From a virus (Duplodnaviria > Heunggongvirae > Uroviricota > Caudoviricetes): a stretch of DNA of 64,000 nucleotides. The stretch lies in the IMG/VR virus record IMGVR_UViG_3300045836_000008; one strand, given 5' to 3'. The notes beneath the pieces were generated by a model that was not told the origin of the DNA, did no database searches, and saw nothing but the letters and a program-made list of their open reading frames with translations. The position numbers and the translations under genes were made by a program. Shown here one piece after another: positions 18,226-27,754 of the stretch; positions within the stretch are counted from its first letter, which is position 1, and every line of letters begins with the position of its first letter.

Positions 18226-18677
18226 AAGAGAATATGATTCTGGCGCATATGGATTGCGCCGAACGCTATGCCCGGTTGTCCACGGCACGTCGCATGAAGG
18301 TAGGTGCGCTGGTTGTCCAAGGTGATCGGGTAATCTCCATCGGCTACAACGGGACCGAACCCGGCGCAGACAACAACTGCGAGATTGAACCCGAGAATTG
18401 GGACGGCGACATCCAGAAGCTTGTCTCGAAGCCTGATGTGATCCATGCCGAAGCGAACGCCCTGAACAAGCTGGAAGCTGAATACGAAGCCGGAAGGTTG
18501 GTCTGGACAGAAGGGTTCGGCGCAGACCTGTTCTGCAACTATTCCTGTTGCGTGTCGTGCGCTACGAAGATGGTCCAGCACGGCATCCGGCGCTTCTTCT
18601 ACCGGCACAAATATCGTGACCTGTCTGGGCTGGACTACCTAGCAGATCACGGCGTGGAAGTCAAGCAGATCGTTTGA
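18222..18677 (+). CDS. cd: dCMP deaminase (T4 cd-like)
   Basis: Zinc-dependent deaminase motifs HAEANAL and CCVSCATKM. ATG overlaps the upstream stop (ATGA). Confidence 0.8.
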   Translation: MKENMILAHMDCAERYARLSTARRMKVGALVVQGDRVISIGYNGTEPGADNNCEIEPENWDGDIQKLVSKPDVIHAEANALNKLEAEYEAGRLVWTEGFGADLFCNYSCCVSCATKMVQHGIRRFFYRHKYRDLSGLDYLADHGVEVKQIV

Positions 18678-18722
18678 CCTAAATACCATGCAGATGAACT
18701 AAGAAATAAGGAGAACATCTGC

Positions 18723-18878
18723 ATGGCAACCACTCACTTCGAGTGCAATGAATGCGAAGCTTCATTCGCGATCAAGCACACCCTAGACAAGAATTATTAT
18801 CAGGTTCTTCATTGTCCCTTTTGTGGGTCAGAATTAGACAACGAGAACTATGATGTTGATGACAACGTAGACGAATGA
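18723..18878 (+). CDS. small zinc-ribbon protein (51 aa)
   Basis: CNEC...16 aa...CPFC. AT-rich region. Stop overlaps the next start (GAATGAAG). Confidence 0.35.
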   Translation: MATTHFECNECEASFAIKHTLDKNYYQVLHCPFCGSELDNENYDVDDNVDE

Positions 18879-19066
18879 AGATAATCAAGCAAGTCGTGAT
18901 TTACTACACGGACGGCACGTATCAAGCGATTGATTCCGCCGCTGTCGCACCGGTCCTGATCCCGAAGATTCGCGATGTCGAACCAGACGACTTCTGGAAG
19001 CATCCCGGACGAATCGGCACATGGCCTACCCCGCCATTCGATACCGGCACGACCATCGTGGATTGA
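18875..19066 (+). CDS. hypothetical protein
   Basis: 63-aa ORF. Confidence 0.4.
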   Translation: MKIIKQVVIYYTDGTYQAIDSAAVAPVLIPKIRDVEPDDFWKHPGRIGTWPTPPFDTGTTIVD

Positions 19067-19075
19067 CCACGCATA

Positions 19076-19110
19076 AATACCCGTACAACTCACACTGTAC
19101 GGGTATTTTT
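19076..19110 (+). terminator. rho-independent terminator (AAUACCCGUACA-loop-UGUACGGGUAUU + UUUUU)
   Basis: 12-bp perfect stem followed by a U-tract. Confidence 0.8.
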
Positions 19111-19112
19111 CT

Positions 19113-19514
19113 ATGTGGCTTTACCAAGGTCAAGAACAGACCGAAATTCCTGAAGGCATGGTCGGATTCGTTTATCTGATTACCGATCACGTCAACGACA
19201 AGCTGTATATCGGCAAGAAGCTGTACCATTTTACCAAGACGAAACAGGTCAATCTCAAAAAGAAGAAGTATAAGGCCGAGTCCGATTGGAAAGAATACTT
19301 CGGGTCGAATGATGCCCTGAAGGCTGAAGTGGAAAAACACGGCCCCGAGAAGTTCACCCGCGAAATCCTGCACCAGTGCAAGGGTAAGGGCGAGATGGGC
19401 TATTGGGAAGCCTACGAGCAATTTTCGCGCCATGTACTGCTTTCCGACCGCTACTACAACGGTTGGATCAGCGCAAAAATTACCAAGGCACATGTTGCAA
19501 AGTTGCGGACCTAG
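19113..19514 (+). CDS. GIY-YIG homing-endonuclease-like protein (Seg-like, nuclease domain only)
   Basis: GFVYLITDHVNDKLYIGKK...(GIY-YIG), downstream R/E/N catalytic residues. Lower local GC. Flanked by terminators. Confidence 0.65.
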   Translation: MWLYQGQEQTEIPEGMVGFVYLITDHVNDKLYIGKKLYHFTKTKQVNLKKKKYKAESDWKEYFGSNDALKAEVEKHGPEKFTREILHQCKGKGEMGYWEAYEQFSRHVLLSDRYYNGWISAKITKAHVAKLRT

Positions 19515-19530
19515 TATGTAGAATCCTGAC

Positions 19531-19554
19531 ACGCCGTGCTGTGGCGGCGTTTTC
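19531..19554 (+). terminator. putative terminator (ACGCCG-loop-CGGCGU + UUUCU)
   Basis: 6-bp GC stem plus a U-rich tail after the GIY-YIG gene. Confidence 0.5.
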
Positions 19555-19570
19555 TGACAGGAGAACAACC

Positions 19571-20107
19571 ATGCAAGCTGCAACCGTCCATACCATGCAG
19601 TCCCCGATGCAAGCCGCGTTCGCCCCTTGGAACGTCATCGAGAAGTGGCTGAAGGAAGCTAAAGGCCACGCTCTTCCCATCTCGATCAACGGGCTATTCG
19701 GATTGGATGAAGTCAAGAAGGTCGTGCGGGACCAACAACAGGTCCGGGACATCGTGAAGACCTTCATCACAAAGGGTATGGCTACCCAACATGATCTTCC
19801 CGCCGAGATGCGAACCGGGAACAAGCGGGACCGTGTTGGGTACATGTGGAACCCCGAGTACAAAGGGGAATCCTACCGCCCATCGGCCCGCGTCGTAGCC
19901 AACCAAGGCAAGAAGGCCAGCAAGGGCACCACAACCCGCCATAGCGCTCCCAAGGGGTTGACCCAAGTCATCCGGTCGGACAAGGCAGTTCTCACTGAAC
20001 TTCCCAAGGCCGTCGAACTCACCTTCCAAGGCATGATGATTACCGTCTCCCGGAATCCCGAGAACGGCAACATGCGTTTACAGATCGACACAACCGACAT
20101 TCTGTAA
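19571..20107 (+). CDS. hypothetical protein
   Basis: ATG after CAGGAGAACAACC. The track ORF extends upstream in the same frame. Confidence 0.5.
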   Translation: MQAATVHTMQSPMQAAFAPWNVIEKWLKEAKGHALPISINGLFGLDEVKKVVRDQQQVRDIVKTFITKGMATQHDLPAEMRTGNKRDRVGYMWNPEYKGESYRPSARVVANQGKKASKGTTTRHSAPKGLTQVIRSDKAVLTELPKAVELTFQGMMITVSRNPENGNMRLQIDTTDIL

Positions 20108-20137
20108 AAACGCTAACACTCGCGCAAAATTGATTAC

Positions 20138-20183
20138 AAACAGCCCGTTTCGTTGAAAAACGATTACGGGCTGTTTGCGTTTA
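20138..20183 (+). terminator. rho-independent terminator (AAACAGCCCGU...ACGGGCUGUUU + GCGUUU)
   Basis: 11-bp stem with a U-rich tail. Confidence 0.7.
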
Positions 20184-20186
20184 TGC

Positions 20187-20216
20187 TTGACAAATTCCCA
20201 ACCTTGGGTTTATGAT
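20187..20216 (+). promoter_or_regulatory. family promoter TTGACA-aaattcccaaccttgggtt-TATGAT
   Basis: Palindrome CCCAACCTTGGG in the spacer. Conserved leader TTCTCTCATCG...GGAG. Confidence 0.65.
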
Positions 20217-20253
20217 TCTCTCATCGTTGGACATTCAACACGGAGTGACAAAC

Positions 20254-20664
20254 ATGACGAACCTGTTCCGCATCTCGCTGACGAACGCAACCGGTCATCA
20301 CATCGAAGACAAGCCGTTCCCGAGTATCGAAGCTGCGCAAGCCTATGCCGACGAAGAAGGTAAGAAGTACGGCGCGACGCACTGCATGGCGGCGCTGATG
20401 GGCGAAGCCGTTCTAATGAAGGTCGAAGTCACCGACACGTTTGGCGGCGAAGCGAACTACTGTTGGGTCCATCGTCACGAACGCTGGATTCTGAAGGACA
20501 CATCCGACCGTGAGTGTGTCCGCATCGCCAAGGAACTCGAAGGCTGGACCGGCCATCCCTGCATGACCGAAAACTTCGGCGGCAAGTCTGGCTTCACGAT
20601 CCGCCCGCGTCACATGGCGCAGATCATGTTCATCAATTTCGACTACGATGTTGAAAATGCTTGA
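20254..20664 (+). CDS. hypothetical protein
   Basis: ATG after the leader GGAGTGACAAAC. Confidence 0.5.
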   Translation: MTNLFRISLTNATGHHIEDKPFPSIEAAQAYADEEGKKYGATHCMAALMGEAVLMKVEVTDTFGGEANYCWVHRHERWILKDTSDRECVRIAKELEGWTGHPCMTENFGGKSGFTIRPRHMAQIMFINFDYDVENA

Positions 20665-20689
20665 CAAGAATTCCCAAGCTTGGTAAGAT
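20661..20689 (+). promoter_or_regulatory. family promoter TTGACA-agaattcccaagcttgg-TAAGAT
   Basis: Palindrome CCAAGCTTGG. Leader TTCTTCCATCGACAACG...AGGAG. Confidence 0.65.
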
Positions 20690-20728
20690 TCTTCCATCGA
20701 CAACGCAGCACAAACAGGAGATTCAAAC

Positions 20729-21004
20729 ATGGCACATACGACGAAAGGTCACATCCTGAACCCGGCACAGGCGAAGCACGTGTACGACGCGATGGTGACG
20801 CTGAACAATATCAGCGGCGTCATCCACGCGCGTGTTCCGGCTGGCTTCGGCCACATCGTCACCGTGCATCAAGAAATCATGAGCGATGATGTTGTCGTGC
20901 GTCAGTACATGCGCGGGCGTGGCCCGGACGGCGAAGACGAACTCACGTTGGTCGAGACGTTCGCGGACCAGAACGCATTCGCTGAAGCATACGGCGTAGC
21001 GTAA
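20729..21004 (+). CDS. hypothetical protein
   Basis: 91-aa ORF after a family promoter. Confidence 0.5.
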   Translation: MAHTTKGHILNPAQAKHVYDAMVTLNNISGVIHARVPAGFGHIVTVHQEIMSDDVVVRQYMRGRGPDGEDELTLVETFADQNAFAEAYGVA

Positions 21005-21040
21005 ACTACACAAACGACAGGTCCACTCAGGGAGAAAACC

Positions 21041-21238
21041 ATGTCACTCACTCGCTCGGAACGAGAACTGATGGAAGCACGCGAAGGTGAACTCAACGAT
21101 GCCGAACGCGGCGTCATCGATGCAACCTTCGACGCGATCTACGAAGCCGCAGCACAACGCGGCGTGAAGCTGGCGAAGGACGACCGCGCCGCTGCATTCG
21201 AAGCGGCGATGATTCAGTTCATTCTCAAGTCACGGTGA
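21041..21238 (+). CDS. small hypothetical protein
   Basis: ATG after GGGAGAAAACC. Confidence 0.45.
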   Translation: MSLTRSERELMEAREGELNDAERGVIDATFDAIYEAAAQRGVKLAKDDRAAAFEAAMIQFILKSR

Positions 21239-21242
21239 AATC

Positions 21243-21698
21243 ATGAACAAGAACCCCAAAAGTATTTTTGACGCTGAAACCATCATAGTCGTCTCGCAAG
21301 AAGAAGCCGAGAAGATGGTGTTCTGGGAATGGGTCGCACGGCACTTCTTCAAGCTGTTCTTTGTGTGTATGGCGCTGCTGGCCGTCGCGTATTTCGGCAT
21401 GAAGTATCTCGATCAGCAAGAGAAGCGTACCGATCCGCTCTCGTACTACAAAGAAAACCCGGTGGAAGCGCTTAAGGACGGCTACAAGCCAACCGAAGCT
21501 GAACTGACGGCAAGATACGGCCCGAAGACCGAAGTGACGGCTGACGGCCAGCTATGCTCGTCGGGCCGTTGTCCGGGCGGTTATGCCACGATGGAAGACT
21601 ACCACAAGGCCAATGACGCGAAGGATGCCGAATTCGCAGCCGAGTACGAGCGTCAACGGCAAGCCCGCTACAACGCGCTGCACGCAAACGATCAGTGA
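21243..21698 (+). CDS. hypothetical membrane protein (one TM) with Cys-containing periplasmic/cytoplasmic domain
   Basis: TM segment HFFKLFFVCMALLAVAYFG. Confidence 0.5.
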   Translation: MNKNPKSIFDAETIIVVSQEEAEKMVFWEWVARHFFKLFFVCMALLAVAYFGMKYLDQQEKRTDPLSYYKENPVEALKDGYKPTEAELTARYGPKTEVTADGQLCSSGRCPGGYATMEDYHKANDAKDAEFAAEYERQRQARYNALHANDQ

Positions 21699-21741
21699 CC
21701 GTGTGGTATGGTGTAGGTTTCTTTTGAAAATGGGGGACAGT

Positions 21742-21900
21742 ATGGCAGAGCAACGACCGGTATTTGACATCGTGCGGCACATGGTTCGCATCGGAGAACA
21801 CCCGGAACACAAGGCGCTGCGCGAGCGCACCGAAGCCCGTCTCGCAGCCCTGAAGCAATCCGGGAAGCTGTATGAAGAACGCAAGAACACCCGCGATTGA
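21742..21900 (+). CDS. small hypothetical protein (52 aa)
   Basis: ATG after AAATGGGGGACAGT. In frame with track ORF 21583-21900. Confidence 0.35.
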   Translation: MAEQRPVFDIVRHMVRIGEHPEHKALRERTEARLAALKQSGKLYEERKNTRD

Positions 21901-21945
21901 CCAAACCTGACGGCGTTGTAGTGTATTCGCAACGCCGTCTGTCTG

Positions 21946-21974
21946 TTGCACAATTCCCAAAGTTGGTGTATAAT
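21946..21974 (+). promoter_or_regulatory. family promoter TTGCAC-aattcccaaagttggtg-TATAAT preceded by a 10-bp hairpin (GACGGCGUUG...CAACGCCGUC)
   Basis: Read directly. Hairpin at about 21909-21939. Drives rnh. Confidence 0.6.
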
Positions 21975-22038
21975 ACGCAGTATTGTTTGAGCAGTTTCTA
22001 CATGATGGCCGAACAACCACAAACATCATGTAAAGAGA

Positions 22039-22989
22039 ATGATTGTAGTAGATTACTCTGGCGTCTGTATCACGCAGATTATGGGCGCACTTGGCGGCGA
22101 CAACACCGCGAAGATTGAACCGGACATGTTCCGACATCTGTTCCTGTTCAATCTGCTGGAACTCCGCAAGAAGTACGGTTCACGGTTTGGCGAAGTGGTA
22201 TTTGCCGTGGACAACAAGCAGTATTGGCGCAAGGCGATGTACCCTTGGTACAAAGTTTTCCGCAAGAAGCAGAAAGAAGACGCTGGTTACGATTGGGACA
22301 TGATTCATCACTGCATGGACGTGATGAAGGCCGAACTGACCGAATTCTTCCCGTACCCGGTGATTGATGCCCCGTTCGCAGAAGCGGATGACGTGATCGC
22401 GACGATGGCCGAATACAGTCAGACTCATGACGTGAAGACGGACATGTTTGGCGAGACTGAAGCCAAGCCGTTCCTGATCGTGGCGTCTGACACGGACCTG
22501 ACGCAATGTCAGAAATATCCGAATGTCAAGCAAATCTCCCCGTACACGAAGGAACAGGTCTTGCCGAAGCTGGAAAAGAGTGGCGAGAAGGTGAAGGTTC
22601 CGCTTCAGGAATACATTCTCGATCACCTGTTGACCGGCGATAGCGGCGACTCGATCCCGAACATTTTGACGGAAGATGACTTCTTCCAGAAGAAGTTCGA
22701 CAATCCCGATGTGAAGGTGCGCCAGAAGTCCGTGACGGCGAAGATCAAGGACTTCTATCTTCCGCAGTGGATGGAACACGGCGAGATTCGCGAGTTCCGC
22801 GACGAGACGGAAGAGAAGCGCTTCAAGCGCAACTTCAAGATGATTCACTTCGATGCAATCCCGGATCGCGTGAAGAACAACGTGATCGCAGCCTACGAAG
22901 GCCAGCTTGGCAAGGACCGGTCGCAGTTGCTTGATTACTTCGTGCGCAACCGGCTGAAGAACTTGATGGATGAACTAGAGAACTTCTGA
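22039..22989 (+). CDS. rnh: RNase H / 5'-3' flap exonuclease (T4 rnh-like, FEN-1 family)
   Basis: Collinear similarity to T4 RNase H (DxSxI N-terminus, FAVDN..YWR, ADDVIA, ASDTDLTQ..KYPNVKQ.SP, C-terminal NRLKNLMDELENF). 316 aa against 305 for T4. Confidence 0.9.
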   Translation: MIVVDYSGVCITQIMGALGGDNTAKIEPDMFRHLFLFNLLELRKKYGSRFGEVVFAVDNKQYWRKAMYPWYKVFRKKQKEDAGYDWDMIHHCMDVMKAELTEFFPYPVIDAPFAEADDVIATMAEYSQTHDVKTDMFGETEAKPFLIVASDTDLTQCQKYPNVKQISPYTKEQVLPKLEKSGEKVKVPLQEYILDHLLTGDSGDSIPNILTEDDFFQKKFDNPDVKVRQKSVTAKIKDFYLPQWMEHGEIREFRDETEEKRFKRNFKMIHFDAIPDRVKNNVIAAYEGQLGKDRSQLLDYFVRNRLKNLMDELENF

Positions 22990-22991
22990 AC

Positions 22992-23387
22992 ATGAAGACA
23001 CCCGGAATCAAATACGGCCACGACCGTAACGGCAACGAGATTTACCCGCGAGATGGTGAACGCATTCTCGAAGAAGGCGAACCCCTACCCGCAGTCTATC
23101 GACCTTGGCTGAATGGTTCCGGGTGGTTGGGTCCGACCAAGCTGCACACGCATCCGGGCGCAAACCTGACCGCGTGCGTATTCGGCAACTATTGGGCCTA
23201 TGCGGTCCCGGAACGTCAGCCGGTACAACCAGTCATCCAAGAAGTCGAGAAGCCCGCAGAACCGATTCTGGTGGTTCCTGAAGCCATCCCGGACCCGGTT
23301 CCCGAACCAACCCCGGTCGTGAAGACGAAGAAGCGCCGCGCGCAAGAACGTCCCATTACCAACGAACTTATGTTTGACGACGAATGA
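22992..23387 (+). CDS. hypothetical protein with Pro/Glu-rich C-terminal region
   Basis: 131-aa ORF. Confidence 0.5.
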   Translation: MKTPGIKYGHDRNGNEIYPRDGERILEEGEPLPAVYRPWLNGSGWLGPTKLHTHPGANLTACVFGNYWAYAVPERQPVQPVIQEVEKPAEPILVVPEAIPDPVPEPTPVVKTKKRRAQERPITNELMFDDE

Positions 23388-23629
23388 CGACACTCAAAAT
23401 CTCACTGTCCGAACCTTGGGACATCAAGACGAAGGCCGCTGCGGCGAAGTACATCTCCGACAAGATTGAAGAGATGCAAACGCTGTACCAGAACATCATC
23501 TCAGTGGCCGACACGCACGATGTTCGCGTGTCTGAGATGCTTGACTGGCCGGAAGACATCGGCCGCACTGGTCACAACGAAAGCATGCGTGCAGAAGTCT
23601 ACTGGAACCCATCGAGCAAGTATTGCTGA
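23384..23629 (+). CDS. hypothetical protein
   Basis: Start overlaps the previous stop (ATGA). Confidence 0.45.
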   Translation: MTTLKISLSEPWDIKTKAAAAKYISDKIEEMQTLYQNIISVADTHDVRVSEMLDWPEDIGRTGHNESMRAEVYWNPSSKYC

Positions 23630-23630
23630 C

Positions 23631-23831
23631 ATGAAAAAGTACCGAATCGTACAGCGCGGGAACGGCAAGTTCTATGCGCAAGAGCGTTGCTTCCTGTTCT
23701 TCTGGCGCGACGCGTCGTGGTCGTCCGGGTCCGCGAATCAGTATCACTCGATGCGCGACATCGAGAATCGCCAAGCACAAGACGACCGTATCCGCAACTT
23801 CAAAACAATCAAGAAGGTCATTGAAGTCTGA
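23631..23831 (+). CDS. small hypothetical protein (66 aa)
   Basis: ATG at 23631 in frame with track ORF 23466-23831. Confidence 0.4.
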   Translation: MKKYRIVQRGNGKFYAQERCFLFFWRDASWSSGSANQYHSMRDIENRQAQDDRIRNFKTIKKVIEV

Positions 23832-24427
23832 TGTCGAATCAATTTCTCGCAGCCGATCTACACCTTGGTCATAAGGGCGTGACAACGTTCCTTGCGCCGA
23901 ACGGTGTAGACAAGCTTCGTCCGTGGGACAACCCCGACGAGATGGACGAAGCCCTGATCGAAAACTGGAACAGCGTCGTGCGTCCACAAGACAAGGTGTA
24001 CGTGCTTGGTGACGTGGTGCTGAACCGCAAGCATCTTCACAAGGTAGGACGCCTGAATGGCAAGAAGCATCTCGTCAAGGGCAACCACGACATTTGCAAG
24101 CTGAAGGAATACGAACCGTACTTCTACGAAGTGTCGGCGTGCCGCGCGTTGAAGGACATGATCCTGACACACATCCCCATTCACCCGGCCAACATCGGTC
24201 GATTTGGTGTGAACGTCCACGGCCATACGCACGCACACAAGGTCATGATCGACTACGAAGTTCATGATCGTGTATTCGAAAAGATTCCCGACCCGCGTTA
24301 CTTCTGTGTGTCGATGGAACAGATCATGTTTCACCCGATCACGCTCGAAGAAGTACGCGAGCAATGCGACCGCCGTCGCCAAGCGTTTCCCGAACTGTTC
24401 GATGTGAACGAGTGGCACGACAACTAA
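23831..24427 (+). CDS. calcineurin-like metallophosphoesterase
   Basis: Motifs DLHLGH, GDVV, GNHD, GHTH. Confidence 0.75.
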   Translation: MSNQFLAADLHLGHKGVTTFLAPNGVDKLRPWDNPDEMDEALIENWNSVVRPQDKVYVLGDVVLNRKHLHKVGRLNGKKHLVKGNHDICKLKEYEPYFYEVSACRALKDMILTHIPIHPANIGRFGVNVHGHTHAHKVMIDYEVHDRVFEKIPDPRYFCVSMEQIMFHPITLEEVREQCDRRRQAFPELFDVNEWHDN

Positions 24428-24458
24428 ATAGACGATTCAACTCGTTTAAGAAACACCA

Positions 24459-25175
24459 ATGCGTTTCACTATCCCCGAAATTCTGCAAGCTGTGTCGGAT
24501 GCAAAGACACATGAAAAGAAGGTAAGCATCCTTCAGAACTGCCAGACCGAAGTGCTGGAACAGGTTCTTCAGTACAACTTCCATCCCGACATCTCGTTCG
24601 ACTTGCCGGAAGGTGAAGCGCCGTACAAGAAGGAAACGGATGTCCCGGTCGGCAAGTCGCACACCAACCTGTACAAAGAAGGCCGTCGCCTGTATCTGTT
24701 CCTGAAGGGTCAAGCGCCGAATCTGAAGCCGTACAAGCGCGAGCAAATCTTCATCGAGATGCTTGAAGGTCTGCACTACACCGAAGCTGACCTGATCGTT
24801 GCTGTGAAGGACAAGCGCCTTCAAGACCTGTATCCGGGCGTGACGTATGAATGCGCCCGCGATGCGTTCGACCGTCTGCTACCGCAAGAGAAGCCCGCCG
24901 AGAAGCCGAAGGCCAAACCGGTGAAGCTGGCAATCCCGGAACTACCGAAGCTGGAATACGACTTCGATATGCCTGAAGTTGCGGTGAAGGAACAGGTGAA
25001 CGACCCTTTGGCACAACCGGCTTCTTCTACGAAGACGACAGCGGATTCGCCTTCGGTTCCAAAAGAGAAGAAGCCGATGTCGGAAAAGCAACTGGCGGGT
25101 ATCCGCAAGGCGCAAGAAGCACGACGCGCGAGCGCCGCCGCCAAACGAGCCGCAGCGGCACAATCGAAAGAGTAA
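24459..25175 (+). CDS. hypothetical protein with Lys/Pro/Ala-rich C-terminal tail
   Basis: 238-aa ORF. C-terminus AQEARRASAAAKRAAAAQSKE. Confidence 0.5.
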   Translation: MRFTIPEILQAVSDAKTHEKKVSILQNCQTEVLEQVLQYNFHPDISFDLPEGEAPYKKETDVPVGKSHTNLYKEGRRLYLFLKGQAPNLKPYKREQIFIEMLEGLHYTEADLIVAVKDKRLQDLYPGVTYECARDAFDRLLPQEKPAEKPKAKPVKLAIPELPKLEYDFDMPEVAVKEQVNDPLAQPASSTKTTADSPSVPKEKKPMSEKQLAGIRKAQEARRASAAAKRAAAAQSKE

Positions 25176-25296
25176 CCGGCTGGTTACTCGATAAACTGAA
25201 TTCGTTATTTGGTAAGGACGACTGGACAACGGTCGATCCTAACGTTGAACTTAAAGAATGGCTTGATACAAAACATGACAACTACCAAGGTCTTGA

Positions 25297-26844
25297 ATGA
25301 CAACATGTCCACACTGCGACAGCACAAACGTGCAAAGTCGCGGGACCAAAACAAATCAAGCTGGTGTATCACGTAATCGTTATCAGTGCATGCGCTGCCG
25401 AAAGTGGTTCAGTCATGTAGTGGGTGTAACGGTTTCGAGTGCTGGTTCGAATTTCGTTCCAGCGAAACCTGATCGGTTCTCTTCAAAGACGCCCGAAGAC
25501 TTCAAGCAGTACGAACGATTCGTTATCAGCGCGGTACAGAACGACACGCCAGTGAACGAAGAGTTCTTGGTTACGCTTCAGTCGTACTGCCGGATGAACA
25601 ACGCCAAGCTGATTCTGGTCCCGATCAAGTACAAGTACACACAAGAATCGACGTTCGATGTGGACGAAGACTTCCTGTACACGCGTGATGTCCAACTGTC
25701 CAAGAAGCTGCGTCTACTGGCACACGTCCAGATCACGCCGACCATCGCAACACCGCTGTCGGGTTTGGATGAACAGAGCAAGGGCAACAGCTTGATTATC
25801 GCGCACCCGCAGCTACAGATGCGGACCCTTGCAACACTCGATAGTTCACCCGCACAACTCTGGACCACTGGCGCTATCACCTATGCCAACTACGCAGAAA
25901 CCAAGACAGGCGAAAAAGCCCGCTTCAACCATTCACTCTCTGCACTTGTCGTTGAAAAAGACGGCGATCAGTTCTACGCTCGCGTTCTCAATTGTGACGA
26001 CGCCAATGGATTTTATGACGTTGACGGCTACTATGTGGCCGACGAGTATCATCCGGGCGCAGAAGTAGAAGCGTTGATCGTTGGTGATGAACACGCGATG
26101 TTCATTGACCCGAAGGTGAAGGGCGCAACGTACACGAACCGCGATTCCATCGTCAACGTGTTGCGACCGGCGCAGATTGTCCGTCACGATGTACTGGACT
26201 TCTTCAGCGGTTCACACCATCACCAACACTCGTTCCTGTTGCAATACGCGAAGCACAAGACGACCACGAATCATATCGAGTCCGAACTGTCGCTGACGCT
26301 GAAGCACATCGCAGAGACGACGCCCGATTGGTCACACACCGTCATGGTTGCGTCCAATCACGTCGAACACATGAACAAGTGGCTGGACACGATTGATCCG
26401 AAGCAGGAAGTATGGAATGCGAAGCTGTACTATCGCATGATGTACCTGATGCTGGAACACATCGATCAGAACGGCATCGACATCCCGAACGCGTTTCAGG
26501 TCTGGACGGAGAACACGGAACACGATTTCGATGTCCCTGAAATGACATGGCTTGGTCGGAACGAATCGTACAAGATTCATGGCATCGAACTGTCGAACCA
26601 CGGTGACATGGGTATCAACGGTTCGCGTGGTAGTCCCGCACAGTTCTCGCGTCTGCCCGACAAGATGGTTGTTGGTCACTCGCACTCACCTTCGATCATG
26701 AAGGGCTGCTACACGGTAGGCACATCTACCGGTCGTCTGGAATACACGCGTGGTCCGTCTTCATGGGCGAACACTCACTGCGTGATCTATGCGAACGGCA
26801 AGCGCCAGTTGCTAACGATCATCAATGGGAAGTGGAAGAAGTGA
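25297..26844 (+). CDS. hypothetical protein with N-terminal zinc ribbon and phosphoesterase-like His/Asp motifs
   Basis: CPHCDS...CMRCRKW zinc ribbon. GDEHAMFID, ASNHVEH, GHSHSP resemble metallophosphoesterase motifs. Confidence 0.5.
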   Translation: MTTCPHCDSTNVQSRGTKTNQAGVSRNRYQCMRCRKWFSHVVGVTVSSAGSNFVPAKPDRFSSKTPEDFKQYERFVISAVQNDTPVNEEFLVTLQSYCRMNNAKLILVPIKYKYTQESTFDVDEDFLYTRDVQLSKKLRLLAHVQITPTIATPLSGLDEQSKGNSLIIAHPQLQMRTLATLDSSPAQLWTTGAITYANYAETKTGEKARFNHSLSALVVEKDGDQFYARVLNCDDANGFYDVDGYYVADEYHPGAEVEALIVGDEHAMFIDPKVKGATYTNRDSIVNVLRPAQIVRHDVLDFFSGSHHHQHSFLLQYAKHKTTTNHIESELSLTLKHIAETTPDWSHTVMVASNHVEHMNKWLDTIDPKQEVWNAKLYYRMMYLMLEHIDQNGIDIPNAFQVWTENTEHDFDVPEMTWLGRNESYKIHGIELSNHGDMGINGSRGSPAQFSRLPDKMVVGHSHSPSIMKGCYTVGTSTGRLEYTRGPSSWANTHCVIYANGKRQLLTIINGKWKK

Positions 26845-27026
26845 TGACGCCAGAAGAATTGGCGATCATCGATAAGCTGGCGGATGTCTTCAATGACTTC
26901 TGTAACTTGGAGAACAGGCATCCGTCAGACGTTGGCGAATTCGCACATCACATCCACATCCTTCAGCGTCACGTGATGGCTAGATTAGCGCGCCGCACTC
27001 ACCCAGAAGTATTTCCGCAACGATGA
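26844..27026 (+). CDS. small hypothetical protein (60 aa)
   Basis: ATG overlaps the upstream stop (TGATG). The stop overlaps the next start. Confidence 0.35.
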   Translation: MTPEELAIIDKLADVFNDFCNLENRHPSDVGEFAHHIHILQRHVMARLARRTHPEVFPQR

Positions 27027-27754
27027 CGATCCTATCTCTCAAAGAGTTCAAGACCGGCCTTGAATATCACGACACGTTGAACCCCGTTCTGTGGAATGGG
27101 GACCAACTGAAGCCGGAAGTGCTACTGAAGCTGACGATGATCGCGGACAACTTCATCGAGTTCGTTGGACTCGATCCGAAGCTGATTCACGACATCGTGA
27201 TTACGGGTAGCAGTGCGAACTACAACTACAGCGCACTTTCTGACATAGACCTGCACGTGATCGCGCAGTATCAGCCAGAACACCGGAATGGTGCTGGCAT
27301 CTCGGTGCAGGATGCGTTTGATGCGTTCAAGACGCTGTACAACGAACAGCGTCACATCACGATCTATGGGTATCCGTTGGAAGTGTACGTCCAGCCGACA
27401 AGCGAACACTTCACGTCCAATGCGGGCGTGTATTCGTTGAAGCGGCACGTATGGATTCAGCGACCCGTCAAGCAGCACGTCGATCTTGATGACCGCGAGA
27501 TTCAGTTGAAGGCCCGCCCGATCATGCGCGACATCAATCAGGTCGTGCATGGGAAGATGGCGACAGCGCTCGCGAAGCCGCGTATCGATGCCATCAAGGC
27601 GAAGATACGGCAACTGCGAAACGCAGGTTTGCAGAGTGGTGGTGAGTTCGGCGTCGAGAACCTTGCGTTCAAGGCGATCCGCAACGCCGGGTACTTGGAT
27701 AAGCTTTCGAAGTATTCAAGTGTCCTGAAGGATTCTAGCTTGTCCCTTTCATAA
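27023..27754 (+). CDS. Pol-beta-superfamily nucleotidyltransferase
   Basis: Minimal NTase signature GS-x9-SDIDL (ITGSSANYNYSALSDIDLHV) and a downstream acidic strand (EVYVQ). Confidence 0.55.
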   Translation: MTILSLKEFKTGLEYHDTLNPVLWNGDQLKPEVLLKLTMIADNFIEFVGLDPKLIHDIVITGSSANYNYSALSDIDLHVIAQYQPEHRNGAGISVQDAFDAFKTLYNEQRHITIYGYPLEVYVQPTSEHFTSNAGVYSLKRHVWIQRPVKQHVDLDDREIQLKARPIMRDINQVVHGKMATALAKPRIDAIKAKIRQLRNAGLQSGGEFGVENLAFKAIRNAGYLDKLSKYSSVLKDSSLSLS

